A stretch of DNA of 64,000 nucleotides from Methanomassiliicoccales archaeon (GTDB lineage Archaea > Thermoplasmatota > Thermoplasmata > Methanomassiliicoccales > UBA472). The notes under the pieces were generated by a model, which was given only the letters and a program-made list of their open reading frames with translations, made no database searches and was not told the DNA's origin. The first letter of the stretch is position 1. Every line of letters begins with the position of its first letter. The stretch spans positions 46,483 to 110,482 of the forward strand of contig JAXGRO010000001.1 of the NCBI GenBank assembly GCA_040765825.1, in the 5' to 3' direction. Positions 26,329 through 35,269 of the stretch are shown in pieces. The translations under genes were made by a program, and so were the position numbers.

Positions 26329-27819
26329 TCACTTGCGGACCAGCTCGTCCCTGATGTAGATGGCCATCTTGCGCACGTTCAGCAGCTCCAGGAAGAAGTC
26401 CAGGTCCCTGCGGGTGAACTCCCTTATGGCCGCCAGCACCGCCAGGAAGGCGGCGAAGGACACCAGGCCGAACACTATCAGCGTGTAGAAGCGGTCGATG
26501 GTGATGAACATGTCCAGGACGTACATGGCCACCACGGACGCCCCGCCGGCCAGCAGCTGCAATGCCAGGCGCGGGTTGGTGCTGGTGCCGGTGAGCCGGT
26601 AGACCACGTAGCGGACGATGACCAGTCCCACGATGTTCCCGATGAGCAGGGCCATGGCGGCGCCCACGAAGGACAGTCCGAGGCCGAACTCGGGTATGAA
26701 GACCAGCATCAGCGAGATGTTCAGGAACACCGTGAAAACGGTGATGCGCGCGGATATGTCCGGGCGGCCCACGGCGATGATCTGCGAGCCGTGCACCGCG
26801 TTTATCATGGTCAGGAAGGTGGTGGCGGCCATGATGCTGATCGCCCTCCCGGAGTCCACGTACTTGGGGCCGAGCAGGACCTCGCAGACCTCGTAGGGGA
26901 ACATCATGATCAGGATGGTGATGGGCAGCCCTATCATGGCGATGTACCGCTCGGCCTGCTTGGACAGGGCCCGTATCTCCTCCATGTGCCCCTCCTTGTG
27001 CAATTTCGAGAAGGAGGGGAAGGTCAGCGTGGACACGGCCGTGCTGATGGTGGCGAACACCCCCAGGAACACCGCCGGGGCGGCGTAAAGGCTCACGTCG
27101 CTGGTGTTCCAGAAGGCGGTTATCAGTAGCTTGTCCGCGCTCCCGCTCACGGCGCTGACCACTGTGATCAGGATCAGCGGCAGGGCGAAGGTGTAGTAGG
27201 AGCGGAGGAGCGTGGGCCTCCTCCACCGGATGTTCTCCCGGGAGATGAGGTACGCGGCGGTGAGGACCACGGCCACCGCCCCGAAGATGTAGGTTATGGA
27301 CAGCTCCAGGACGCCCATGCGGTTCAGGGAGACGAAAATGATCAGGGGAACGCGCACGAAGGGGTCGATCAGGGTGACCAGCGGCATCTTGGCCATCTCC
27401 ATGCGGGCCTGGAAGGTGGTGGTCGCTATGCTCGACAGGTCATAGAGGACCTGATACAGCACGAACAGCAGGATGATGTCCGTGCTGGTGTCGGCCAGGG
27501 TGTTCCCGAGCACCGAGGTCCAGACGAACACGGAGGAGAGGGTGAGCACCACCATGAGGGCGGTCAGCACGATCTTGATGAAGGCGAACGTGCTGATGCA
27601 GTCATTGGGATCGCACCCCTCGGACATGCGTTTGACGTGCGCGCTGCTGAACCCCAGGTCGGACACGGCGTTGAAGGTGGCCACCAGGGCCATGGCCGCG
27701 GTGACCGTGCCATAAACATCGTTGTCCAGATACCTGGTGATGAAGTACAGCCCCACATAGGCCAGGGCCGCGGAGAGCATCCGCGAGAGGAACAGCAGGA
27801 ACGAGCGTCTTCCTAGCAC
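26329..27819 (-). CDS. Oligosaccharide/polysaccharide flippase (Wzx/MOP superfamily)
   Basis: 496 aa with ~14 TM segments and the typical MOP flippase architecture. The GTG start at 27819 lies ~30 nt downstream of gattaaatatcc. Confidence 0.8.
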   Translation of the reverse strand: MLGRRSFLLFLSRMLSAALAYVGLYFITRYLDNDVYGTVTAAMALVATFNAVSDLGFSSAHVKRMSEGCDPNDCISTFAFIKIVLTALMVVLTLSSVFVWTSVLGNTLADTSTDIILLFVLYQVLYDLSSIATTTFQARMEMAKMPLVTLIDPFVRVPLIIFVSLNRMGVLELSITYIFGAVAVVLTAAYLISRENIRWRRPTLLRSYYTFALPLILITVVSAVSGSADKLLITAFWNTSDVSLYAAPAVFLGVFATISTAVSTLTFPSFSKLHKEGHMEEIRALSKQAERYIAMIGLPITILIMMFPYEVCEVLLGPKYVDSGRAISIMAATTFLTMINAVHGSQIIAVGRPDISARITVFTVFLNISLMLVFIPEFGLGLSFVGAAMALLIGNIVGLVIVRYVVYRLTGTSTNPRLALQLLAGGASVVAMYVLDMFITIDRFYTLIVFGLVSFAAFLAVLAAIREFTRRDLDFFLELLNVRKMAIYIRDELVRK

Positions 27820-27868
27820 ATGATCGCCCGGACAGTTCCCCCAGGATATTTAATCCTGCGCCAGCTCC

Positions 27869-28966
27869 TCATTCCTCCTCCCACTTGGTGACCAGCACGG
27901 CGACTATGACGAAGACGACGGCGATCACCGCCACCACCGCCAGGTTCCAGTAGGCCCCGTCCAAATTGTCGTAGACCATGGCGTCCCTGAGCCCCTGGCT
28001 GACGTAGGTCAGCGGAAGCACCGAGGCCACCTGCTGCAGGTATGCGGGCATGGTCTCCAGCTGGAAGAACGTCCCGGACAGGAACATCATGGGGAAGGTG
28101 ATGGCGTTGGCAGCGGCGCTGGCGGTCTCCTCGTTCTTCACGAAGCGGGCGATGATCATCCCCAGGGCCGAGAACATGGCACTGGCGCTGACCACTATGA
28201 GCAGCGCAGCCGGGTTCAGCGTCATGTTCATGCCGAACACCAGCATGCCGAAGCCCATGACCACCGCCAGGGTGACCAGGGAGATGAACAGGAACCAGAG
28301 CATGCGGGCCAGCAGCCATTCGAAGGGGGTCATGGGGGTGGTGGCCAGCTTGCGGAATATGCCCGCGGCGCGGAAGCGGGATATGGTCCCCTGCATCCCG
28401 AACACGCAGGTGGTCATCACCGTCAGGCCGATGACCCCGGGCACGAAGAAGTCCAGGAAGGTGAAGCGCTTCTGCACTATGCTGCCCACGTCCATGACCA
28501 GGTACTCCCGGCCACCGGACATCCCCAGGTTGTAGTTGTTGACCACCGCGCTCACGATATTGCGCACGATGGAGGCCGAGGAGACCGTCTCATCCAGGCG
28601 CAGGTCCACGTGCGCGGTGGCCGTGCTGTTCGGAAGGAAGGCCTCCGAGAAGTTGGATGGTAGGACCATCACGAAGGCCAGGGAGTTGTCCTTTATGTGC
28701 TGTTCCAGGTCGGCCTGCGGGTCTATGAACCGTATCTCGATGGCCCCGGTGTCGTTAAGGGACTGCAGGAAGGCCTGCGCCCCCGGACCCCCGTCCAGGT
28801 CCTGCACGTTGAGGGTGACCGTCCCCGAGCCCATGTTGGAGAAGATGGCCCCGAACACCAGTATGAGGAACAGCGGGAAGGCCAGGGTCCAGAATATGTT
28901 GCTCTTGATGCGGAAGAAGGCCTTGGACTGGCCCTTGAGGTCCACAAGTATATGCCTGAGCTTCAT
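27869..28966 (-). CDS. ABC-2 type transporter permease
   Basis: 365 aa with an N-terminal TM, a large loop and a C-terminal six-TM ABC-2 domain. It overlaps the ATPase gene by 4 nt. Confidence 0.85.
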   Translation of the reverse strand: MKLRHILVDLKGQSKAFFRIKSNIFWTLAFPLFLILVFGAIFSNMGSGTVTLNVQDLDGGPGAQAFLQSLNDTGAIEIRFIDPQADLEQHIKDNSLAFVMVLPSNFSEAFLPNSTATAHVDLRLDETVSSASIVRNIVSAVVNNYNLGMSGGREYLVMDVGSIVQKRFTFLDFFVPGVIGLTVMTTCVFGMQGTISRFRAAGIFRKLATTPMTPFEWLLARMLWFLFISLVTLAVVMGFGMLVFGMNMTLNPAALLIVVSASAMFSALGMIIARFVKNEETASAAANAITFPMMFLSGTFFQLETMPAYLQQVASVLPLTYVSQGLRDAMVYDNLDGAYWNLAVVAVIAVVFVIVAVLVTKWEEE

Positions 28967-29883
28967 TGCCCCACCTCCGCCAGCTTCCGGCCGGTGAGCT
29001 TCAGGAACACATCCTCCAGGGTGCTGCCCTTGACCAGCAGCTCGTCGTAGGAGGCTTCGGGCGCCGTCAGCAGGTTGACCAGCTTGGCCAGGCTGCCCTT
29101 GTTATCCAGCCGGACCCACAGGTCGCCGTCCTTCACCTCGCCGTCCATTCCCGCGGCCAGGACCGCTGCGCGGGCGGCCTCGTTGGCCGCCTTCACCACG
29201 CAGGTGCTTCCGGAACCGTGGCGGTCGATTATCTCCCGGGGGGTGCCCATGGCTATGAAGACCCCGTCGTTCATGATGGCCACCCGGTCGGAGAGCACCT
29301 CGGCCTCCTCCATGTAGTGGGTGGTCAGGATGACCGTCTTGTTCTGGGACTTGAGCTTGCGGATGACCTCCCAGACCTCCCGGCGGGCCTTGGGGTCCAG
29401 GCCGGTGGTGGGCTCGTCCAGGAATATCAGCTCGGGGTCGTTGACCATGGATATGGCCACGCCCACCCTCTGCTTCAGCCCCCCGGACAGGTTCAAGAAC
29501 CAGGTGTCCCTCTTGTCCTGCAGCTGCACGGCCTCTATGAGCTCTTCTGCGCCCAGTCTCTTGTCGAAGAGCGCCCCGAAGTAGTCTATGTTCTCCTTAA
29601 CCGTCAGGTAGTCGAAGGCGTTGAAGGCCTGCGGAAGCACCCCGATGCGCTTGCGTATCTCCCGCTGGTGCTTGTCGATATCATGGCCGAGGATGCGCAC
29701 CTCCCCGGCGGTCTTGATCCTCAGGCACTCCATGATCTCCACCGAGGTGGTCTTGCCCGCGCCGTTCGGTCCCAGGATGGAATATACCTCCCCGGCCTTC
29801 ACATCCAGGTCGATCCCGTTAACCGCGCGGAGCTTGTCGTAGTCCTTGATCAGGCCACGGACCTCGATAACCGATTCTCCCAT
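28963..29883 (-). CDS. ABC transporter ATP-binding protein
   Basis: It has Walker A GPNGAGKTT, the signature LSGGLKQR and Walker B LIFLDEP. I prefer ATG 29883 because the first ATG (29913) directly abuts the TATA taatatataaat. Confidence 0.9.
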   Translation of the reverse strand: MGESVIEVRGLIKDYDKLRAVNGIDLDVKAGEVYSILGPNGAGKTTSVEIMECLRIKTAGEVRILGHDIDKHQREIRKRIGVLPQAFNAFDYLTVKENIDYFGALFDKRLGAEELIEAVQLQDKRDTWFLNLSGGLKQRVGVAISMVNDPELIFLDEPTTGLDPKARREVWEVIRKLKSQNKTVILTTHYMEEAEVLSDRVAIMNDGVFIAMGTPREIIDRHGSGSTCVVKAANEAARAAVLAAGMDGEVKDGDLWVRLDNKGSLAKLVNLLTAPEASYDELLVKGSTLEDVFLKLTGRKLAEVGQ

Positions 29884-29979
29884 GGTTTCCCCCGGAACGG
29901 GGAAGAATTCCATATTTATATATTAGTCGAGGGGAACGGGCGCAACCTGATATATCCGCCGAGGGCATTCCATACGCCC
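29884..29979. promoter_or_regulatory. Divergent promoter region (ABC exporter / ThiF-like gene)
   Basis: atttatatatta (29914-29925) lies 31 nt from the minus-strand ATG at 29883. gatatatcc (29949-29957) lies 23 nt upstream of the plus-strand ATG at 29980. Both geometries are leaderless-type. Confidence 0.5.
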
Positions 29980-30705
29980 ATGAGGGACCGCTATTCCCGT
30001 CAGCTTCCCATCCCGGATTTCGGAGAACAGGCCCAGAGGAAGCTGGGCGATACCTGCGTGGCCGTGGTGGGCATCGGGGGATTGGGTTCCCCGGTATGCC
30101 AGTACCTGGCGGCCGCCGGCGTCGGCAAGCTGCTGCTCATCGACGACCAGAAGGCGGAGCCCTCCAACCTGAACCGGCAGGTGCTCCATTTCGAGGAGGA
30201 CGCACTGCTACCCCGCTACAAGGTGGAGTCGGCGCGCATGAAGCTGAAGGAGATGAACTCGGAGATGGACATCGAGGCCCTGCCCATGAAGCTGGAGGAG
30301 GAGACCTCGTTCATCCTAAGGGAGGCGGACCTGGCCGTGGACTGCCTGGACAACCCCAAGGGACGCTACCTCCTGAACCGCATATGCCTGGAGAGGCGCA
30401 TCCCCCTGGTGCACGGGGCGGTGGAGGGCATGGAGGGGCACGTCCTCACCCTGCTGCCCGGGGGGCCGTGCCTGCGCTGCGCCTTCCCCGCGCTGGTGGC
30501 CAGGAAGGGGCCGGTACCGGTGCTGGGGGCGGCGGCCGGGGTGATCGGTTCGCTGCAGGCCCTGGAAGCCATAAAGCTCATCGCGGGCATCGGGGACCGG
30601 GTCCCGGGAAGGGGATTGTTCTTCGACATGCGCTCCGGCCAGCTGAACGAGGTTCTGTTCTCCCGCAACCCCTCGTGCCCGGACTGCGGCTCACTTGGCC
30701 CATAG
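29980..30705 (+). CDS. ThiF/MoeB/HesA-family E1-like adenylyltransferase
   Basis: 241 aa starting MRDRYSRQL, with GIGGLGS, NLNRQ, and the Zn-type pairs CLRC and CPDC. Only the last third of the 579-aa track ORF is real. The gene ends in TAG. Confidence 0.85.
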   Translation: MRDRYSRQLPIPDFGEQAQRKLGDTCVAVVGIGGLGSPVCQYLAAAGVGKLLLIDDQKAEPSNLNRQVLHFEEDALLPRYKVESARMKLKEMNSEMDIEALPMKLEEETSFILREADLAVDCLDNPKGRYLLNRICLERRIPLVHGAVEGMEGHVLTLLPGGPCLRCAFPALVARKGPVPVLGAAAGVIGSLQALEAIKLIAGIGDRVPGRGLFFDMRSGQLNEVLFSRNPSCPDCGSLGP

Positions 30706-32550
30706 GTCGATGGTCACCAGGTAGGTGTCCTCCACCAGCCTGGTCTCCACCTTCAGCCCGGTGCGGTAGAACAGGTCCAGCATGCGCATGTTCTCCGCCA
30801 GCAGCTCGGCGGTGAACGCCCTTATCTTCCGGTCCCTGGCTATGCCAATCATCATGTCCATGAGCAGGGTGCCTATGCGCCGGTTCTGCCACTGGTCGCT
30901 GACGGCGAACGATATCTCCGCGGTGTTCGACTCCTTGTCCAGGTCGTACATGGCGAAGGCCACCATGGACCACACCCCCTCCTCGTTGACGAAGCCGGCG
31001 ATGGTCATGCGCGTGTCATAGTCGATGTTCACGATGCGCTGCAGCTCGCGATGGGGCATGCTGCGCTTCAGCCCCATGAATCGGTTGTACACCGTGTCCC
31101 TGGAGAAGGAATAGAACATCTCCTTGAGCATCGGCTCGTCCGTGGGCTTGGCCGGCCGGAAGTACATCTCCGTGTCCGCCACCACCTTCACCACCTCGTA
31201 CTGCTCCGGATACACCCCCACGTACCCGGCCTCCATCTGGTCCTGGTAGACGTAGTGCAGCGACTTGGCGTGCATGAGCAGCTCGGCGCGGAAACGGGGA
31301 TGGGAGATGCCGATGAGCGCCAGGGCCCTCTCCATGATGCTCTTGCCCCGGAGATCGGCCACGCCATACTCGGTGACCACGAACTGCACGTCCCCCCGGG
31401 TGGTGGTGACCCCTCCCCCGGAGGTCAGGGTGGGCACGATGCGCGAGACGGTGTTGTGCTGCGCGGTGGAGGGCATGGCGATGATGGCCTTGCCCCCGGG
31501 GGAGCGGGCCGCCCCCCGCATGAAGTCCGCCTGCCCGCCGATGCCCGAATAGAAACGATGGCCGATCTGGTCCGTGCACACCTGGCCGGTGAGGTCCACC
31601 TCCAGGGCGGAGTTGATGGCGATCATGCGGTCGTTGCGGGAGATGTTGCACGGGTCGTTCGTGTAGGAGGAGGGGTACATCTCGAACATCTCGTTCCCGT
31701 CGATGAAGTCGTACAGCCTCCTGGTGCCCATGCAGAAGGAGGCCACTATCTTCCCCTCGTGGAAGCCCTTGCGGGCGCCGGTGATGACCCCCTTCTCCAC
31801 CAGGTCGATGATGCCGTCGGAGAACATCTCGGTGTGCACCCCCAGGTCCTTCTTGTCCTCCAGGAAGGCCAGTATGGCGTCGGGTATGCTGCCGTAGCCC
31901 ACCTGGATGGTGGCACCGTCCGGCACCAGGTCGGCCACGTTCTTGCCGATGCGCGGGGCCACCTTGCCGGAGTCGCCCTCCGCCACGTACTCCAGCAGGG
32001 GCTGGTCGTTCTCCACCAGGTGGTCGATCTCCCGGAGGTGCAGGCGGCTGTCCCCGCCCACCCGGGGCATGTTGGGGTTCACCTCGGCAATCACCACGTC
32101 GGCGTGCATGGCCGCGGCCATGGTGATGTCCACCGACACGCCCAGATTGCAGTATCCGTCCTGGTCCGGGGGGGCCACCTGGATCATGGCCACGTCCACC
32201 GGCTTCAGCCCGCTGGCGAACAGCCTCTCGATGTCGGAGAGGTTCACCGGGGTGTAGTCCGCCCTGCCCTCGTTCACCGCGGAGCGCACGTTGGGGCCGA
32301 TGAAGAAGGCGTTCAGGCGGAACTGGTCCCGGAATTGGTCGTCCGCGTAGAAGGTCAGCCCCAGCGACAGGGTCTGGATGACCTCGCTGTCGATCATGGC
32401 GTAGGACTTGGCGAGGAGCGCCTTGACCAACGATTGCGGCTCGCCGCAGGCCGTGCCCAGGAAGACCGACCTTCCCGGGCCGACCTTGAGCACCGCCTCC
32501 TCCGCGCTGAGCAGCTTCGAGCGGTACTCCTCCCCCCAATCCGTCGCCAT
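30691..32550 (-). CDS. Acetyl-CoA hydrolase/CoA-transferase family enzyme fused to C-terminal GNAT acetyltransferase domain
   Basis: The N-terminal ~430 aa match the 4-hydroxybutyrate/acetyl-CoA transferase family (GTACGEPQ, GIGGQADF). The C-terminal ~170 aa are GNAT-like (VSDQWQNRRIGTLLM). Confidence 0.85.
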   Translation of the reverse strand: MATDWGEEYRSKLLSAEEAVLKVGPGRSVFLGTACGEPQSLVKALLAKSYAMIDSEVIQTLSLGLTFYADDQFRDQFRLNAFFIGPNVRSAVNEGRADYTPVNLSDIERLFASGLKPVDVAMIQVAPPDQDGYCNLGVSVDITMAAAMHADVVIAEVNPNMPRVGGDSRLHLREIDHLVENDQPLLEYVAEGDSGKVAPRIGKNVADLVPDGATIQVGYGSIPDAILAFLEDKKDLGVHTEMFSDGIIDLVEKGVITGARKGFHEGKIVASFCMGTRRLYDFIDGNEMFEMYPSSYTNDPCNISRNDRMIAINSALEVDLTGQVCTDQIGHRFYSGIGGQADFMRGAARSPGGKAIIAMPSTAQHNTVSRIVPTLTSGGGVTTTRGDVQFVVTEYGVADLRGKSIMERALALIGISHPRFRAELLMHAKSLHYVYQDQMEAGYVGVYPEQYEVVKVVADTEMYFRPAKPTDEPMLKEMFYSFSRDTVYNRFMGLKRSMPHRELQRIVNIDYDTRMTIAGFVNEEGVWSMVAFAMYDLDKESNTAEISFAVSDQWQNRRIGTLLMDMMIGIARDRKIRAFTAELLAENMRMLDLFYRTGLKVETRLVEDTYLVTIDLWAK

Positions 32551-32636
32551 CGTTGGCGTATTAACAATGGCGCCATTAAAGGCTTCTGCGACGTTCGCGG
32601 GGTTCGACGCAAAATATCTTAGGGAGCGGTTCCATC

Positions 32637-32849
32637 ATGGGCGCGATGGCGTTCAGCATACTCCTGATACTGCTGTTCCTGCTGCTGGTGGGCATCGGGG
32701 CCCTGGTGCTCCTGCTGGTGGTGGGCAGTCTGATAATGTTCCTCCCGGCCACCCTGGTGGCCCTCATAGTGCTCCTGTTGACCGGCAGCTGGACCCTGGC
32801 CGGGCTGGCCTTCCTGATCGTGGCCGTGCTCATGGTCCTCTTCAAATGA
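32637..32849 (+). CDS. Small hydrophobic membrane protein (70 aa)
   Basis: It has two to three Leu/Val-rich helices and consistently GC3-rich codons. An AT-rich element lies upstream. There is no homology handle. Confidence 0.45.
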   Translation: MGAMAFSILLILLFLLLVGIGALVLLLVVGSLIMFLPATLVALIVLLLTGSWTLAGLAFLIVAVLMVLFK

Positions 32850-32897
32850 GGAAATCCTTATCTCCGTACTAGGGCATCTCGGTCAGGGTTTTCCACC

Positions 32898-33164
32898 ATG
32901 GAACTGAGCAGCGTGGACAAGAAGAGGGTCATCAGCAAGGACGGACGGGAACTGGGGATCTTGGCCGGAAGCACCATCGACACCTCCAAATGGACGGTGT
33001 TGAACATCATGGTCAACGTGCCCAAGGAGCCGGCCAAGGAGCTGGGGATCAAGAAGAAGCTCTTCAAGCCGGTCATCATCAATGTGTCTACCGACCTCAT
33101 CGCCGTTGTGGGCGATGTGATACAGCTTCGCCTGGACATGAAGGAGCTGGCCGAGAAGTTCTGA
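32898..33164 (+). CDS. PRC-barrel domain protein
   Basis: 88 aa. VISKDGRELGILAGSTIDTSKWTVLNIMV fits the PRC-barrel pattern. Confidence 0.75.
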   Translation: MELSSVDKKRVISKDGRELGILAGSTIDTSKWTVLNIMVNVPKEPAKELGIKKKLFKPVIINVSTDLIAVVGDVIQLRLDMKELAEKF

Positions 33165-33166
33165 GC

Positions 33167-33325
33167 TCAGTCCGCCCCCATGAAGCGCGGGCGCCCGCAC
33201 CTCCAGCATTTGGCCTCGCGGGAGATGTTCACCGCCCCGCACTCGCAGTTCCAGGTGCCCTTCATGTTGAAGGATTGGCACAGTGTGCATTTTCCCTTGG
33301 TGTCCTCGGGCTTCGCCTCGGCCAT
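33167..33325 (-). CDS. Zinc-finger micro-protein (52 aa), RanBP2/NZF-like C-terminal knuckles
   Basis: The sequence is MAEAKPEDTKGKCTLCQSFNMKGTWNCECGAVNISREAKCWRCGRPRFMGAD. It forms the tail of the spurious 218-aa ORF 33167..33823. The pattern is W-x-C-x-C-x3-N-x6-C-x2-C. It lies 50 nt downstream of cobO on the same strand. Confidence 0.55.
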   Translation of the reverse strand: MAEAKPEDTKGKCTLCQSFNMKGTWNCECGAVNISREAKCWRCGRPRFMGAD

Positions 33326-33375
33326 CGTTATTAATCTTGGACCGCAGGGTAGATAAGCGTATCGATTCGCCGTTC

Positions 33376-33900
33376 TCAACGGTCCACGCCCTGCCTGGAG
33401 AGCACTCCCCTCTGGTAGGGATGGCGCGCGCACCTCATCTCGGTGACGTAGTCGGCCAGTTCCAGGAGCTCGGGCTGGGCGTAGCGTCCGGTGAGCAGCA
33501 CCTCCACCCCCTGGGCGCGGGAGCGTACCGCCTCCGCCACCTCCCGAACGTCCAGAAGACCGAACTTGACGGCCACGCAGACCTCGTCCAGGACCACGAT
33601 GTCGTAGCCGCCGGAACGCATGGCCTCTGAGGCCGCCCTCAGCCCTTCGGCGGCACTGTCCCGGTCCAGCTGGGTTATCTCCTGGGAATAGACCAGGCAG
33701 TCGTGCCCCGCGGGCACGACCGTCAATCCGTCCAGCCGGAGGAAGTTCTCCCCGTAGGTCCCCCCGGTCTTCATGAACTGCACGATGATCGAGCGCAGCC
33801 CGTGCCCGGCGGCCCTGGCGCACAGGCCCAGGGCGGCGGTTGTCTTCCCCTTGCCGTCCCCGGTGTAGACGTGGACCAGGCCCAGGTCGGAGCTCATCAT
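33376..33900 (-). CDS. cobO: ATP:cob(I)yrinic acid a,c-diamide (corrinoid) adenosyltransferase, CobA/CobO/BtuR type
   Basis: It has the P-loop GDGKGKTTAALG, then DIVVLDE and HPYQRGV. The ATG overlaps the isf stop (ATGA). Confidence 0.9.
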   Translation of the reverse strand: MMSSDLGLVHVYTGDGKGKTTAALGLCARAAGHGLRSIIVQFMKTGGTYGENFLRLDGLTVVPAGHDCLVYSQEITQLDRDSAAEGLRAASEAMRSGGYDIVVLDEVCVAVKFGLLDVREVAEAVRSRAQGVEVLLTGRYAQPELLELADYVTEMRCARHPYQRGVLSRQGVDR

Positions 33901-34469
33901 ACCAGCTTCTTAAGCAGCCAGGCCATGTTCCGGCCCAGGGTCCGCATGGTCTGCAGCCCCTCCTCGTCGGAGGCGATGTCCCCCGGCTTCAGGGCGGTGG
34001 CCACGTTCCAGTAGCTGCTGCCCGGGACTATCATCTGGCTGATCAGGAATAGCTTGTTTATCTCATCGAAGGTGTCCAGGGCCCCTGCCCTGCGGTTCAC
34101 GGCCACGGCCGCGCCCACCTTGCGCCGGAACATGTCCCCGTTGGCCCTGCCCACGAAGAAGGCCCGGTCCACGAAGGCCTTGGTCTGCGCGGTCATGTTG
34201 CCGAAGTAGACCGGAGAACCGATGATGATCCCGTCGGCCTCCTTCATCAGCTGCACGTACTCGTTCAGGCGGTCGTCGGCCAGCACGCACCTCTCGTCCT
34301 TGTTGCGCCCGCAGCTGCCGCAGGCCCGGCAGGGCCTGAGGTCCTCCCGACAGATGTCGATCAGCTGGGTGTCGACCCCCTCCTTCCCGAGCTCGGCAAG
34401 CACGACCTCCAGGGCCTGGTGGGTGTTGCCATTGACCCTGGGGCTTCCGTTGAACGCCACGACCTTCAT
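33897..34469 (-). CDS. isf: Iron-sulfur flavoprotein / NADPH-dependent FMN reductase family (Isf-like)
   Basis: It starts at ATG 34469 (MKVVAFNGSPRVNGNT). The compact Cys motif CRACGSCGRNKDERC fits CX2CX2CX4-7C. GSPVYFG is the flavodoxin-like FMN site. Confidence 0.85.
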   Translation of the reverse strand: MKVVAFNGSPRVNGNTHQALEVVLAELGKEGVDTQLIDICREDLRPCRACGSCGRNKDERCVLADDRLNEYVQLMKEADGIIIGSPVYFGNMTAQTKAFVDRAFFVGRANGDMFRRKVGAAVAVNRRAGALDTFDEINKLFLISQMIVPGSSYWNVATALKPGDIASDEEGLQTMRTLGRNMAWLLKKLV

Positions 34470-34565
34470 GGTTATCGGCCACCGAATGCTGCGGCCGGTA
34501 TTATCGTTTTTCCTGGAAAGCGCCAATGTTAATCTATCATACCGTCGTTCCATGCGCGGTCGGGC

Positions 34566-35180
34566 ATGAGCGCGCTTCTTGAAGGACTGATAGCCGGCTT
34601 CGGAATAGCCATACCCCTGGGTGCGGTCTCCATCCTCATAGTGAGCATCGCCCTGGAGAGGGGCTTCGGCCTGGGCTTCGTGGCCGGGGTGGGCGCGGCC
34701 ACCGTGGACGCCCTGTGCGCCACCCTGGCCGTGTTCGCCGGCGCGGCGGTGGCCGCCCTGATCTCCCCCTACTCATTCTGGCTGCAGGTGGCCAGCGGAC
34801 TGGCCCTGGTGGTCATGGGCGCCTTCGGACTCCTGCATCTCAGGAAGGTCAGGATGGAAGATGGACCGCAGGAGGACGGCAAGGTGGAGGTGCTCAAGAT
34901 CTACACCAAATTGGTGCTGGTCACCCTGGTCAACCCCTTCACCGTGGCCTACTTCGCGGCGCTGATCATCGGCAAGGGGCCGACCTGGTCATTCACCACC
35001 GCCGACTGCCTGCTGTTCGTGGCCGGGGTGGCCATCGCCTCGGTCTCCTGGCAGGCCCTGCTGGCGGCCATCGGGGCCGTGGCCCGCTCCCGGCTGACAC
35101 CGCGTTTCATGGGCATCACCATCCTGGTGGGGAACGCCATAGTGGTGCTGCTGGGGCTGCAGATCCTGTTCACCCTGTGA
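34566..35180 (+). CDS. LysE/RhtB-family amino-acid exporter
   Basis: 204 aa with six TM segments and the LysE-type N-terminus GLIAGFGIAIPLG. Confidence 0.85.
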   Translation: MSALLEGLIAGFGIAIPLGAVSILIVSIALERGFGLGFVAGVGAATVDALCATLAVFAGAAVAALISPYSFWLQVASGLALVVMGAFGLLHLRKVRMEDGPQEDGKVEVLKIYTKLVLVTLVNPFTVAYFAALIIGKGPTWSFTTADCLLFVAGVAIASVSWQALLAAIGAVARSRLTPRFMGITILVGNAIVVLLGLQILFTL

Positions 35181-35269
35181 ACGGACGCCGTGCGCAACGG
35201 CCTACTTGTCTTGTGGTCCCCTGCCGCCGGCCTTATAAATTAGTTAGTGTATTATAAATAACAATAATG

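Noticed and set aside
28966-29979. N-terminal 338 codons of the 579-aa plus-strand ORF 28966..30705
   Set aside because: This part is antisense to the ABC ATPase gene and crosses a promoter region with two TATA boxes. Only the portion from ATG 29980 matches ThiF/MoeB.
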